24,550 nucleotides of DNA from a virus. Lineage: Duplodnaviria > Caudoviricetes. The position numbers were made by a program, and so were the translations under genes. Below the pieces are notes generated by a model that worked only from the letters and a program-made list of their open reading frames with translations, had not been told where the DNA came from and did no database searches. Where the stretch lies: positions 1 through 24,550 of the IMG/VR virus record IMGVR_UViG_3300035135_001954; one strand, 5' to 3'. This document shows positions 8,171-15,685 of this stretch, piece by piece. Each line of letters begins with the position of its first letter. The stretch's first letter is position 1.

Positions 8171-8194
8171 AAGCCCCCAACTAGGGGGCTTTTT
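8171..8194 (+). terminator. Intrinsic terminator
   Basis: AAGCCCCC-AACTA-GGGGGCTT followed by TTT. Confidence 0.85.
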
Positions 8195-8199
8195 CATGA

Positions 8200-8206
8200 C
8201 TAAATA
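8200..8206 (+). promoter_or_regulatory. Putative late promoter CTAAATA
   Basis: TAAATA at 8201-8206 directly after the terminator. GGAGGT RBS and ATG at 8224. Confidence 0.6.
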
Positions 8207-8223
8207 TTCGTGGAGGTATTATT

Positions 8224-8988
8224 ATGATTGAAGGATGGAATCAAGTTACTGAACAATTCATTGCAAAACATCATACTTGGAAGTTTGATGTTGAAAGACT
8301 ACAACAAGATTTAAAAATTGCCAAAACTATGGGAGAGTTTGATACTACACAAGACGGTGGACTATATGGTATGGCAATTACAGGACGTGAAGACGATTTG
8401 GCTAGTGGTTTTGAGTTTAAAGTAGGTATACAAGATCCACCATATTCTGAACAAGACATGACAGATCCAGATCCAGTTGTAAGATTTGATTTAGATTTCG
8501 CCAGAGAACATAAAATATATCATATGCTGGATTATGATAAACCAACAAGATTATGCTTTGGATATTTTAAAGAGATTATAGATTTTTTAGAAAGCCAAAA
8601 CATCAAATGCCGCCGTGCTAGATTAAGTTGGATGGGAAATTTTGGTAAAATATCACCACACACAGACGGAAACTTTTTTCGCTTACACATACCTATTGTA
8701 ACAAACAACAGTTTATTCATACATGGTGATATTCCCTATAAGTTAGATCCAGGATACTGCTACATTGCCAATGTACACAAATATCATTGGGTAGAAAACG
8801 ACAGTGAACAAGAAAGATGGCACATTGTTGCAGATTGTTGGGATATAGGCAACAACTTTGATATCGGCGGTATTACACAAGAACACTATGAACAAGAACT
8901 TGAAAATGCTCGTTTATGGAGAGAATATGTTGACGGTGAACGTGATAACGAACCAAGACAAATATTAATTGGTGCAAAAAATACATAA
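8224..8988 (+). CDS. 2OG-Fe(II) oxygenase, Asp/Asn beta-hydroxylase-like
   Basis: RARLS..ISPHTD (HxD), RLHIPIVTN, distal His in KYHWVEN, ERWHIV. Confidence 0.8.
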   Translation: MIEGWNQVTEQFIAKHHTWKFDVERLQQDLKIAKTMGEFDTTQDGGLYGMAITGREDDLASGFEFKVGIQDPPYSEQDMTDPDPVVRFDLDFAREHKIYHMLDYDKPTRLCFGYFKEIIDFLESQNIKCRRARLSWMGNFGKISPHTDGNFFRLHIPIVTNNSLFIHGDIPYKLDPGYCYIANVHKYHWVENDSEQERWHIVADCWDIGNNFDIGGITQEHYEQELENARLWREYVDGERDNEPRQILIGAKNT

Positions 8989-8992
8989 CTAA

Positions 8993-9021
8993 TTGACATC
9001 AAACAGTTTTTGTTATATATT
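8993..9021 (+). promoter_or_regulatory. Sigma70-type promoter for uvsW
   Basis: TTGACA (8993-8998), 17 nt spacer, TATATT (9016-9021). ATG at 9028. Confidence 0.8.
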
Positions 9022-9027
9022 AATACT

Positions 9028-10482
9028 ATGAAGCAGTGTAAAATAATCCTAAAAGACGAAGTAAATTGCAAGATAGAAGGATTAGATTTAGATACACGTA
9101 AAGCCTGCGAAAAAGAACTAAAGTTTTTTATGAGTTATGCATATCACGTACCAGCATACAAACTAGGACGTTGGGACGGATGTGTTAGATTCTTTAGTAT
9201 TGGCGGTACAACGTATACAAATCTATTAGACCGTATCTTGCCGGTTATCATTGAACATGGCTATCAGCCTGACGTAGAAGATTTAAGAACACATCATGAT
9301 CTTAAATTTACAGCGGTTGATGAAACTACATTCCAACACAAAGTATGGCCCAAAGGTCATCCTGTAGAAGGTCAGCCAGTTACATTGCGTGACTATCAGA
9401 TTGAAATTGTAAACAAGTTTTTGGAAACTCCACATTGTTTACAGGAGATTGCAACTGGTGCAGGTAAAACACTGATAACTGCCGCACTCAGCAACAAGAT
9501 TGAAGACTACGGTCGTTCAATTGTTATTGTACCTAACAAGGACCTGGTACGACAAACACATGCTGACTATGTAAACCTGGGTCTCGATGTTGGTGTATAC
9601 TACGGAGACAAAAAGGACGTAGGAAAAACTCATACTATTTGCACCTGGCAAAGTTTGAACGTTATTAAAAAGAACTTCCGCAATGGCGAAAGTGATATGA
9701 GTTTGCAGGACTTTGCAGAAGATGTTGTTTGCATTATTGTAGACGAAGTACACCAAGCTAAAGCAGATGTACTCAAAGACATGCTAACAAAAGAGTTTGC
9801 CCATGTTCCTATTCGTTGGGGATTAACTGGTACTATACCCAAAGAAGATCATGACTTGGTATCACTGCAAGCTAGCTTAGGAGAAGTTATTAACCGTTTG
9901 GCGGCCAGCGAGCTACAAGAAATGGGAGTACTTAGCAACTGTCATGTGAACGTAGTACAAATGAAAGAAGCAGCCGTATACGACAACTATCAAAGCGAGC
10001 TTACTTACTTGACTACAAACAAAGATCGCATGAAGTATATGAGTGGGTTAATCCAAAACATTGCACAAAGTGGCAACACACTTGTCTTGGTGGACCGTAT
10101 CAAAGCAGGAGAGATGCTGCAAGAAAATTTACCTGATGCTAAGTTTGTTAAAGGAGCAATGAAAACAAATGACAGAAAAGATGCATATGATGAAATTAAC
10201 GAAAGCGATAACAGCGTCACAATTGCTACGTATGGTGTTGCTGCCGTTGGTATCAACATTCCTCGCATTTTTAATTTGGTACTTATTGAACCTGGTAAGT
10301 CTTTTGTACGTGTAATTCAAAGTATCGGACGTGGTGTACGTAAAGCAAAAGATAAAGATCATGTTGAAATCTGGGATATTACCAGTACAGCAAAATATAG
10401 TAAAAAACATTTAACAGAACGTAAAAAGTTCTATAAGGATGCCAACTATCCTTTCACGATTGAAAAAGTTGATTGGTTTTGA
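9028..10482 (+). CDS. uvsW: SF2 DNA helicase UvsW-like (484 aa)
   Basis: LRDYQ Q-motif, ATGAGKT, DEVH, GLTGT, QSIGRGVR. Start reassigned from the TTG at 9010, which lies inside the promoter, to the ATG at 9028. Confidence 0.92.
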   Translation: MKQCKIILKDEVNCKIEGLDLDTRKACEKELKFFMSYAYHVPAYKLGRWDGCVRFFSIGGTTYTNLLDRILPVIIEHGYQPDVEDLRTHHDLKFTAVDETTFQHKVWPKGHPVEGQPVTLRDYQIEIVNKFLETPHCLQEIATGAGKTLITAALSNKIEDYGRSIVIVPNKDLVRQTHADYVNLGLDVGVYYGDKKDVGKTHTICTWQSLNVIKKNFRNGESDMSLQDFAEDVVCIIVDEVHQAKADVLKDMLTKEFAHVPIRWGLTGTIPKEDHDLVSLQASLGEVINRLAASELQEMGVLSNCHVNVVQMKEAAVYDNYQSELTYLTTNKDRMKYMSGLIQNIAQSGNTLVLVDRIKAGEMLQENLPDAKFVKGAMKTNDRKDAYDEINESDNSVTIATYGVAAVGINIPRIFNLVLIEPGKSFVRVIQSIGRGVRKAKDKDHVEIWDITSTAKYSKKHLTERKKFYKDANYPFTIEKVDWF

Positions 10483-10491
10483 GGCAATTTA

Positions 10492-10992
10492 ATGAAAATA
10501 TTAACAGTAGAAAATAAAACATATGAACTGGACGAAATTCCAGAAACCGTAGACGATTTAAGATATGGTGTACTAGATTACACTAATCCCAAGACAGTGG
10601 ATTATTATTTTATTCCACTAATCTTCCTGGAAAGTTTTTACTCGCCAGCAGCCGTAGTACAAATCGGAAAACATCAAATTAATTTACCACTGGACTGGAG
10701 TATTGTTATTTGCGATCCAGAAGTAGGAGACCCAGAAGTAGTAAGTTTAATGGGTTTAAATGATAGAGGGTTTAAAACCTTTGCAATGAATCCAATTACA
10801 GGATTTCAGCCTGAGTATCTTGACATCAACATCGTTAACATTTATAATGATGTAAAATGGCATGCACCAAAACTTAAATTTGGACATTTGCTATTAGTCC
10901 CACTTAGTGATGAACTTGAAAGCAACTGTATTTTAGTTGTAAAAGACGCAAATAAAATACCTGAGGTATTGGATATTAATGAAATCTGGTAA
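10492..10992 (+). CDS. Hypothetical phage protein, beta-rich (166 aa)
   Basis: GAGG RBS, directly downstream of uvsW. No recognised catalytic motif. Confidence 0.75.
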   Translation: MKILTVENKTYELDEIPETVDDLRYGVLDYTNPKTVDYYFIPLIFLESFYSPAAVVQIGKHQINLPLDWSIVICDPEVGDPEVVSLMGLNDRGFKTFAMNPITGFQPEYLDINIVNIYNDVKWHAPKLKFGHLLLVPLSDELESNCILVVKDANKIPEVLDINEIW

Positions 10993-11104
10993 CTATTGGC
11001 AATGGTATCGTACACTAAGAAAGCAAGGTTACAGTCGTTTTAGTTGTCTTTGCTGGGCTTGGTATAATAGCCGTCATTATGATATAGATGGAATGTATAA
11101 ATGA
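10979..11104 (+). CDS. Unannotated 41-aa Trp/Tyr-rich small protein
   Basis: MKSGNYWQWYRTLRKQGYSRFSCLCWAWYNSRHYDIDGMYK*. GAGGT at 10963-10967. The stop overlaps the next start as ATGA (11101-11104), and the ORF fills the gap exactly. Confidence 0.65.
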   Translation: MKSGNYWQWYRTLRKQGYSRFSCLCWAWYNSRHYDIDGMYK

Positions 11105-11535
11105 GTAAACTAACTATTAAACAAGAAATGTCTGCAATTGATAGAAAAAATCGCAAATGGTATGACAGCCTAACAGAAGACGAAAAGAAGCAAGTAAGTC
11201 CTTGGCTACTTATGCGTTATGTTAGCAGTGTTAAGCACGATATTAAAGCATTTGAAGAACATTATTTAGAGTTTACAAATGAACTAGTTAACACACATTT
11301 CAATACACTAAGACATCATCCACAACTACAATTGCAGTTAATGCAAGTTATTGGATTGGGCAAAGAACAATTCCATCCTTGGATTGCTCCTGGTAAACGT
11401 GGAAAGATGGACAAAAACTTTAACTTTTTTGCAGAGAAATTTCCTCATATGAATGATGACGAAATAAATATTATTTTGAGTCAGTATACAGATAAAGAAA
11501 TTAAATCACTAAAAGAGGAATACGAAGGTAAATGA
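11101..11535 (+). CDS. Putative clamp-loader small subunit (T4 gp62-like)
   Basis: 144 aa. SPWLLMRYVS, N.HF..L..HPQLQ and FHPWI resemble the phage clamp-loader A subunit. Replication-gene context. Confidence 0.55.
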   Translation: MSKLTIKQEMSAIDRKNRKWYDSLTEDEKKQVSPWLLMRYVSSVKHDIKAFEEHYLEFTNELVNTHFNTLRHHPQLQLQLMQVIGLGKEQFHPWIAPGKRGKMDKNFNFFAEKFPHMNDDEINIILSQYTDKEIKSLKEEYEGK

Positions 11536-12377
11536 AAGATCACGCCTATATCTATAGCTACGAAGGAATGACTGCTAGTATATTGGGATGGATTCTACAA
11601 CAGTCCCCCAGCTACTCTACTGAATATTTTTGCTATAGTCCACATAACATTGCACGTGATGGAAGCATTTTAACCACAGTACCTAAATTTTTACCAAATA
11701 GTGATCCCTGGGATAATCACAGTGATGACGATTTTGACTGGAGTCATGAATACATTGCATGTATTGAAAAAAATAATCAAGATTTTGATTGGTTAAATGG
11801 TTTTGTTAAAACCTTTCCTGGTAGGGGAATATTTGGTTTAAGCTATGGAGCATATATGAAAAAATCAGTCTGGAGAAATCCAGACGTCAATGTTATACTA
11901 AGTCAAGGAGAAACAGAGGAAAGCAGAGACAGATATAGACGTCTTTTTATTAATGCATATTGGAACAGAGAGTTTGATATGGAAGAACTAATTGAAGGCA
12001 TTGATATGCATGTACACGATCACAAAGACAGTGATCCTGAATACAAAGCTGCCCTACTAAAAAAAATGGCACCTGCATTTAAACTATTAGAAGAACAAGG
12101 CTTTGTTAGATTTTGGCAATGTCAAATGGTTTACCATCATGACTGGGAAGAATTTCCACTAGAAACAAAAGAAAATCTTAAAGAACTAGAATACCTTTAT
12201 GATGATGAGATTGGTAATTACCAAAATATGTTTACCAATGATAGTTCAGTTATACAAGTTGATATGTTTAACTTACATATTCCAGAACTATGCAATATCC
12301 TGGATATAGAACATCATCCTGGAATGGACAGTGCCTATAATGAATTTTTGGAGTACTGTGATGAATTCCAAATCTAA
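11532..12377 (+). CDS. Hypothetical protein, paralog A of a tandem pair (281 aa)
   Basis: ATGA coupling to the upstream gene. Shares GWxLQQSPS, SDPWD, FGLxxGA, HVxDHKxS, VRFWQ and CNILDI with the next ORF. Confidence 0.8.
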   Translation: MKDHAYIYSYEGMTASILGWILQQSPSYSTEYFCYSPHNIARDGSILTTVPKFLPNSDPWDNHSDDDFDWSHEYIACIEKNNQDFDWLNGFVKTFPGRGIFGLSYGAYMKKSVWRNPDVNVILSQGETEESRDRYRRLFINAYWNREFDMEELIEGIDMHVHDHKDSDPEYKAALLKKMAPAFKLLEEQGFVRFWQCQMVYHHDWEEFPLETKENLKELEYLYDDEIGNYQNMFTNDSSVIQVDMFNLHIPELCNILDIEHHPGMDSAYNEFLEYCDEFQI

Positions 12378-13206
12378 ACATATACAATTATACAGTGATG
12401 TTGGACCATTAACTTCTGCTATTGGCTGGGTATTACAACAAAGTCCAAGTATTGACTTAAAATGGTTTAGAAAAAATACTACAAGCCCACAACAGTATAA
12501 TAAAGACGTATTTAGTGATCCCTGGGACTCACGTATTGCAGTTCATCAAAAATCTGCAATCAAACAAAAATATTGTGAGATAGTTGAAATAAGCGAAAAC
12601 CCTTGGACTATGGGAGACTTAGATGATTGGGTAGCGGAGTCATTGCCATTACGTGCAGTTTTTGGGCTTAATCACGGTGCTTGGCGAAAGACTGCCTATT
12701 GGAACAATCCACATGTGCAAAATGTTTATTTTGAAACAACTGATATAGTTGTTGACGCTTTCTTTAATATGTATTGTCAGAGACCGTATCGTAATATAAA
12801 ACAAGTGGTAGATTCAATTGAAGACCATGTATTTGATCACAAAAACAGTAATCAAATTTATAAACAAAAACTGTATGAACTAATTCTTCCCAAAGCAGAG
12901 CAAATATTTGCCAATGGTGAAATTGTAAGATTTTGGCAATTACAACACACATATCATTTGGATTCTAATTATTTTCCTATGCCTGACGAACAACAGAAAA
13001 TACAAAAAAAATATCGTGATGAATATAAAGAAGTACCAACAGTTAATCAAAATTTTGTGGTGTTCACAAATCCACATATTGTATATGATCCACTAAACAT
13101 GGATTTAAAAAATGTTTGCAATATTTTAGATATAGTGTATAGTGAACGTATGGAACGTGAGTATCAACAAGTACGTGAGTTTTATTTTAATGCAGCACAA
13201 GTGTGA
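12361..13206 (+). CDS. Hypothetical protein, paralog B of a tandem pair (281 aa)
   Basis: Start reassigned to the ATG at 12361 (GGAG at 12350-12353). This gives the same length as paralog A and aligns the N-termini. Confidence 0.8.
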   Translation: MNSKSKHIQLYSDVGPLTSAIGWVLQQSPSIDLKWFRKNTTSPQQYNKDVFSDPWDSRIAVHQKSAIKQKYCEIVEISENPWTMGDLDDWVAESLPLRAVFGLNHGAWRKTAYWNNPHVQNVYFETTDIVVDAFFNMYCQRPYRNIKQVVDSIEDHVFDHKNSNQIYKQKLYELILPKAEQIFANGEIVRFWQLQHTYHLDSNYFPMPDEQQKIQKKYRDEYKEVPTVNQNFVVFTNPHIVYDPLNMDLKNVCNILDIVYSERMEREYQQVREFYFNAAQV

Positions 13207-13855
13207 ATATTGTAATAAAAGTTTTACTAGAGAAAGCACTCTAGCAGCTCATACTTGCGAGCGTAAACGAAGATATTTACAGGAAAAAGATCAAGATGTG
13301 CAAATAGGATTTCGTGCATATCAGTTATTTTATAGAATCGGTACCAACAGCAAAAAAGAAAAGTCGTATGATGATTTTGCTAAAAGCAAATATTATAGTG
13401 CGTTTGTAAAGTTTGGAAAATACATTGTTGATCTTAAAATTGATGACGCAGAAGGCTATGTACGTTGGCTACTTAAAAAGAGTATTAAGTTAGACAAGTG
13501 GACAAGTGATCAAAATTTTGCAAAGTGGAATAAAGAACGCCTTAAAAAAGAAAGTGCAGATCGTGCTGTTGAAAGAACTGTAATCTTTATGATTCAATGG
13601 GCAATGACTATTGATAAAAACTGGAGTGATTACTGGACAGATGCAAGTACAAACGATATTGTGTTTCATATATGTGCAGGAAGAATTAGTCCTTGGGTAA
13701 TATACAGTAGTAAAGAAGCACAACGTATGCTAGATAGAATGAATAGCGAGCAACTAAACTTAATTATTGATTACATTGATCCTGTTTACTGGCAACGCAA
13801 AATGAAAACACACAAGCCTGACTTTGATTGGGTAGAAGGAGTATTAAATCCATGA
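13190..13855 (+). CDS. Protein with an N-terminal C2H2-like (C2HC) zinc finger (221 aa)
   Basis: Likely start at ATG 13190. MQHKCEYCNKSFTRESTLAAHTC fits C-x2-C-x3-F-x5-L-x2-H-x-C. Confidence 0.75.
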   Translation: MQHKCEYCNKSFTRESTLAAHTCERKRRYLQEKDQDVQIGFRAYQLFYRIGTNSKKEKSYDDFAKSKYYSAFVKFGKYIVDLKIDDAEGYVRWLLKKSIKLDKWTSDQNFAKWNKERLKKESADRAVERTVIFMIQWAMTIDKNWSDYWTDASTNDIVFHICAGRISPWVIYSSKEAQRMLDRMNSEQLNLIIDYIDPVYWQRKMKTHKPDFDWVEGVLNP

Positions 13856-14433
13856 TTACTACAACTGATATTGACATTGATATTGCAAACAGAAATAAGT
13901 TGTTGCGACTCATTCGCAACACGCCTGCAATGATTGATGACAAGGCAAAAAAGAAAAAACACAACACTGGTGTTTACTTTCATGAAGTGCCTGAAGATCC
14001 ATTCACTGGTTTGTGTACAGTTGATCACAAAGAAGCAGAGCAACAGGGATTTTTTAAAATTGATGTTCTTAATGTTAGTTTGTATGATGGTATTGAAACA
14101 CAAGCGGAGTTAGATCAATTGTTGCAAACAGAGCCCATGTGGGAACTGTTAGAACATGAAGAAATTGTAAAGCAATGTTTCCATATACACAACCACTATG
14201 AAATTGTAAAACAAATGCGTCCGCAAAGTGTTGAACAACTTGCGGCAGTTTTGGGTATTATACGTCCAGCAAAACGCTATTTGCTAGGTAAAGACTGGAA
14301 TACTGTGATGCGTGAAGTTTGGATTAAGCCTGACAGTGATGAGGGATACTTTTTTAAAAAAGCACATGCTCATGCATATGCACTGGCTATTGTTGTACAA
14401 TTGAATAAAATTGTTAGAGATTCTTCTTCATAA
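13852..14433 (+). CDS. Miniature DNA polymerase III alpha (family C)-like protein (193 aa)
   Basis: ATG 13852 with AGGAG RBS and ATGA overlap. Collinear DnaE motifs DIDID, HNTGV, GFFKIDVL, RPQSVEQLAAVLGIIRP and YFFKKAHAHAYAL. Confidence 0.85.
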   Translation: MITTTDIDIDIANRNKLLRLIRNTPAMIDDKAKKKKHNTGVYFHEVPEDPFTGLCTVDHKEAEQQGFFKIDVLNVSLYDGIETQAELDQLLQTEPMWELLEHEEIVKQCFHIHNHYEIVKQMRPQSVEQLAAVLGIIRPAKRYLLGKDWNTVMREVWIKPDSDEGYFFKKAHAHAYALAIVVQLNKIVRDSSS

Positions 14434-14785
14434 GATTAATACTGCGTCTTTTAATTCTCTTGGTAATACTGTTACTGAGTTTCACTTCAGGCCCTGCTAC
14501 TATTTCCATTTGTTTAACATTAAAACTTTGTATGCAATACTGAAACTGCCATTTTCCTATAAGTGCTATATTGATAGGCAAACGCCTGTTGGTTTCCCAC
14601 CACCAGGTATCACCGAGTTCTAAGAATCGGATTTTTTCCTCTTTCTCTACTATTCTATCAAAAACATACATACTGGCAATTTGTGTATCAATATTCTGGA
14701 TAATTCCTAGATATTCATTGCCAGCATAGCTGATTACAGTTAAAAAGGGATATTGTTCTAATAATTGTTCATACTTTGAATTCAT
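14414..14785 (-). CDS. Hypothetical protein (123 aa), the only credible minus-strand gene
   Basis: Fills the gap between + strand genes. Protein-like sequence (YPFLT..EYLGIIQN..WWWETNRRLPINI). Own CTAAATAC on the minus strand. Confidence 0.8.
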   Translation of the reverse strand: MNSKYEQLLEQYPFLTVISYAGNEYLGIIQNIDTQIASMYVFDRIVEKEEKIRFLELGDTWWWETNRRLPINIALIGKWQFQYCIQSFNVKQMEIVAGPEVKLSNSITKRIKRRSINLMKKNL

Positions 14786-14792
14786 TACACGA

Positions 14793-14800
14793 GTATTTAG
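14793..14800 (-). promoter_or_regulatory. Putative late promoter, minus strand
   Basis: GTATTTAG reads CTAAATAC on the minus strand, 8 nt upstream of the ATG at 14785. Confidence 0.65.
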
Positions 14801-14822
14801 TAAGGTGTTTTTTGCGTGATTT

Positions 14823-14831
14823 GATAAATAC
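14823..14831 (+). promoter_or_regulatory. Putative late promoter GATAAATAC
   Basis: TAAATA at 14825-14830, AGGAG RBS, ATG at 14849. Confidence 0.75.
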
Positions 14832-14848
14832 TTATATAGGAGATTTTC

Positions 14849-15676
14849 ATGAGTAACTATAGTTCAAGCTACAATATTAACCAAGCAGGCGACATTTACG
14901 CCATTGATACAAAAACAAATCGCAGTGAATTAAGCAAGTACACAAGTTCACGTGCTACAACTATTAATGCTCCTGTAAATTACAGAAAGCTGATGCTTTT
15001 TCGTGGTTACGATAATGAATTCTTCTTTTTTGTAAAATCACAAAACGGTAAAGTTTTTGATCTACGTGGCATGAGAATTACAGCAAGTATTATCAATCGT
15101 CATAATATGAATAAAGTTCTTAGTGAAGATTGTCAGGTAATGGACTACGAAACAGGATTAATCAAGTTGGTAGTTCGCTCTAACAAAATTAGTACTCTTG
15201 AAAACGGTGATGTTGATGTTGTATTAAGTTATACAGATCAAAATGGCTTAACAAAACCATTGTTTAGTGACTTAAATATGCGTCCAGCATTTACAGCTGA
15301 GTGTACTGACAAAGCAGGTTACATTCCACTAAACACACAGGTATTTGAAAACTTCCTGGAAAACAACGGAATTTTTTATACTGGTGCAATGCAAGGACCT
15401 GCGTATTACGAAAAACCAAATGGACTTATTACTATTGGTGTATATGCTACAAACTTTACAGGTGACTTTTTTATGCAAGGTACAACTAGTCCACAGCCAG
15501 CAGACGATGACTGGTTTAATGTAGAACTTGGTGTACAATATTACTACCATAACTTTATTGGGTTTACTGGTATTGAGCCTTTTAGTTTCCAGAGTAATCT
15601 AAAGCACCTACGTGGTAAGTATATTCCTTCAGCAAATAACACAGGAACAGTTGACAAAATCGTAGTTCGTGTGTAA
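14849..15676 (+). CDS. Probable virion structural protein (BppU-like/Ig-like beta domains)
   Basis: Late promoter. Beta-strand pattern LFRGYDNEFFFFVKSQNGKVFDLRG..GLIKLVV..LENG resembles baseplate-upper-protein N-domains. Second beta domain FTGDFFMQGT..WFNV. Confidence 0.55.
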   Translation: MSNYSSSYNINQAGDIYAIDTKTNRSELSKYTSSRATTINAPVNYRKLMLFRGYDNEFFFFVKSQNGKVFDLRGMRITASIINRHNMNKVLSEDCQVMDYETGLIKLVVRSNKISTLENGDVDVVLSYTDQNGLTKPLFSDLNMRPAFTAECTDKAGYIPLNTQVFENFLENNGIFYTGAMQGPAYYEKPNGLITIGVYATNFTGDFFMQGTTSPQPADDDWFNVELGVQYYYHNFIGFTGIEPFSFQSNLKHLRGKYIPSANNTGTVDKIVVRV

Positions 15677-15679
15677 TAT
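15651..15679 (+). promoter_or_regulatory. Sigma70-type promoter for primase, embedded in the upstream gene end
   Basis: TTGACA (15651-15656), 17 nt spacer, TAATAT (15674-15679). ATG at 15686. Confidence 0.7.
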
Positions 15680-15685
15680 ATATAC

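Noticed and set aside
13852-14433. Mini-DnaE as an intron- or intein-split fragment or a pseudogene
   Set aside because: Motifs from distant parts of DnaE are joined in one clean ORF with RBS and coupling. No flanking DnaE pieces, intron features or homing endonuclease are visible in the window.
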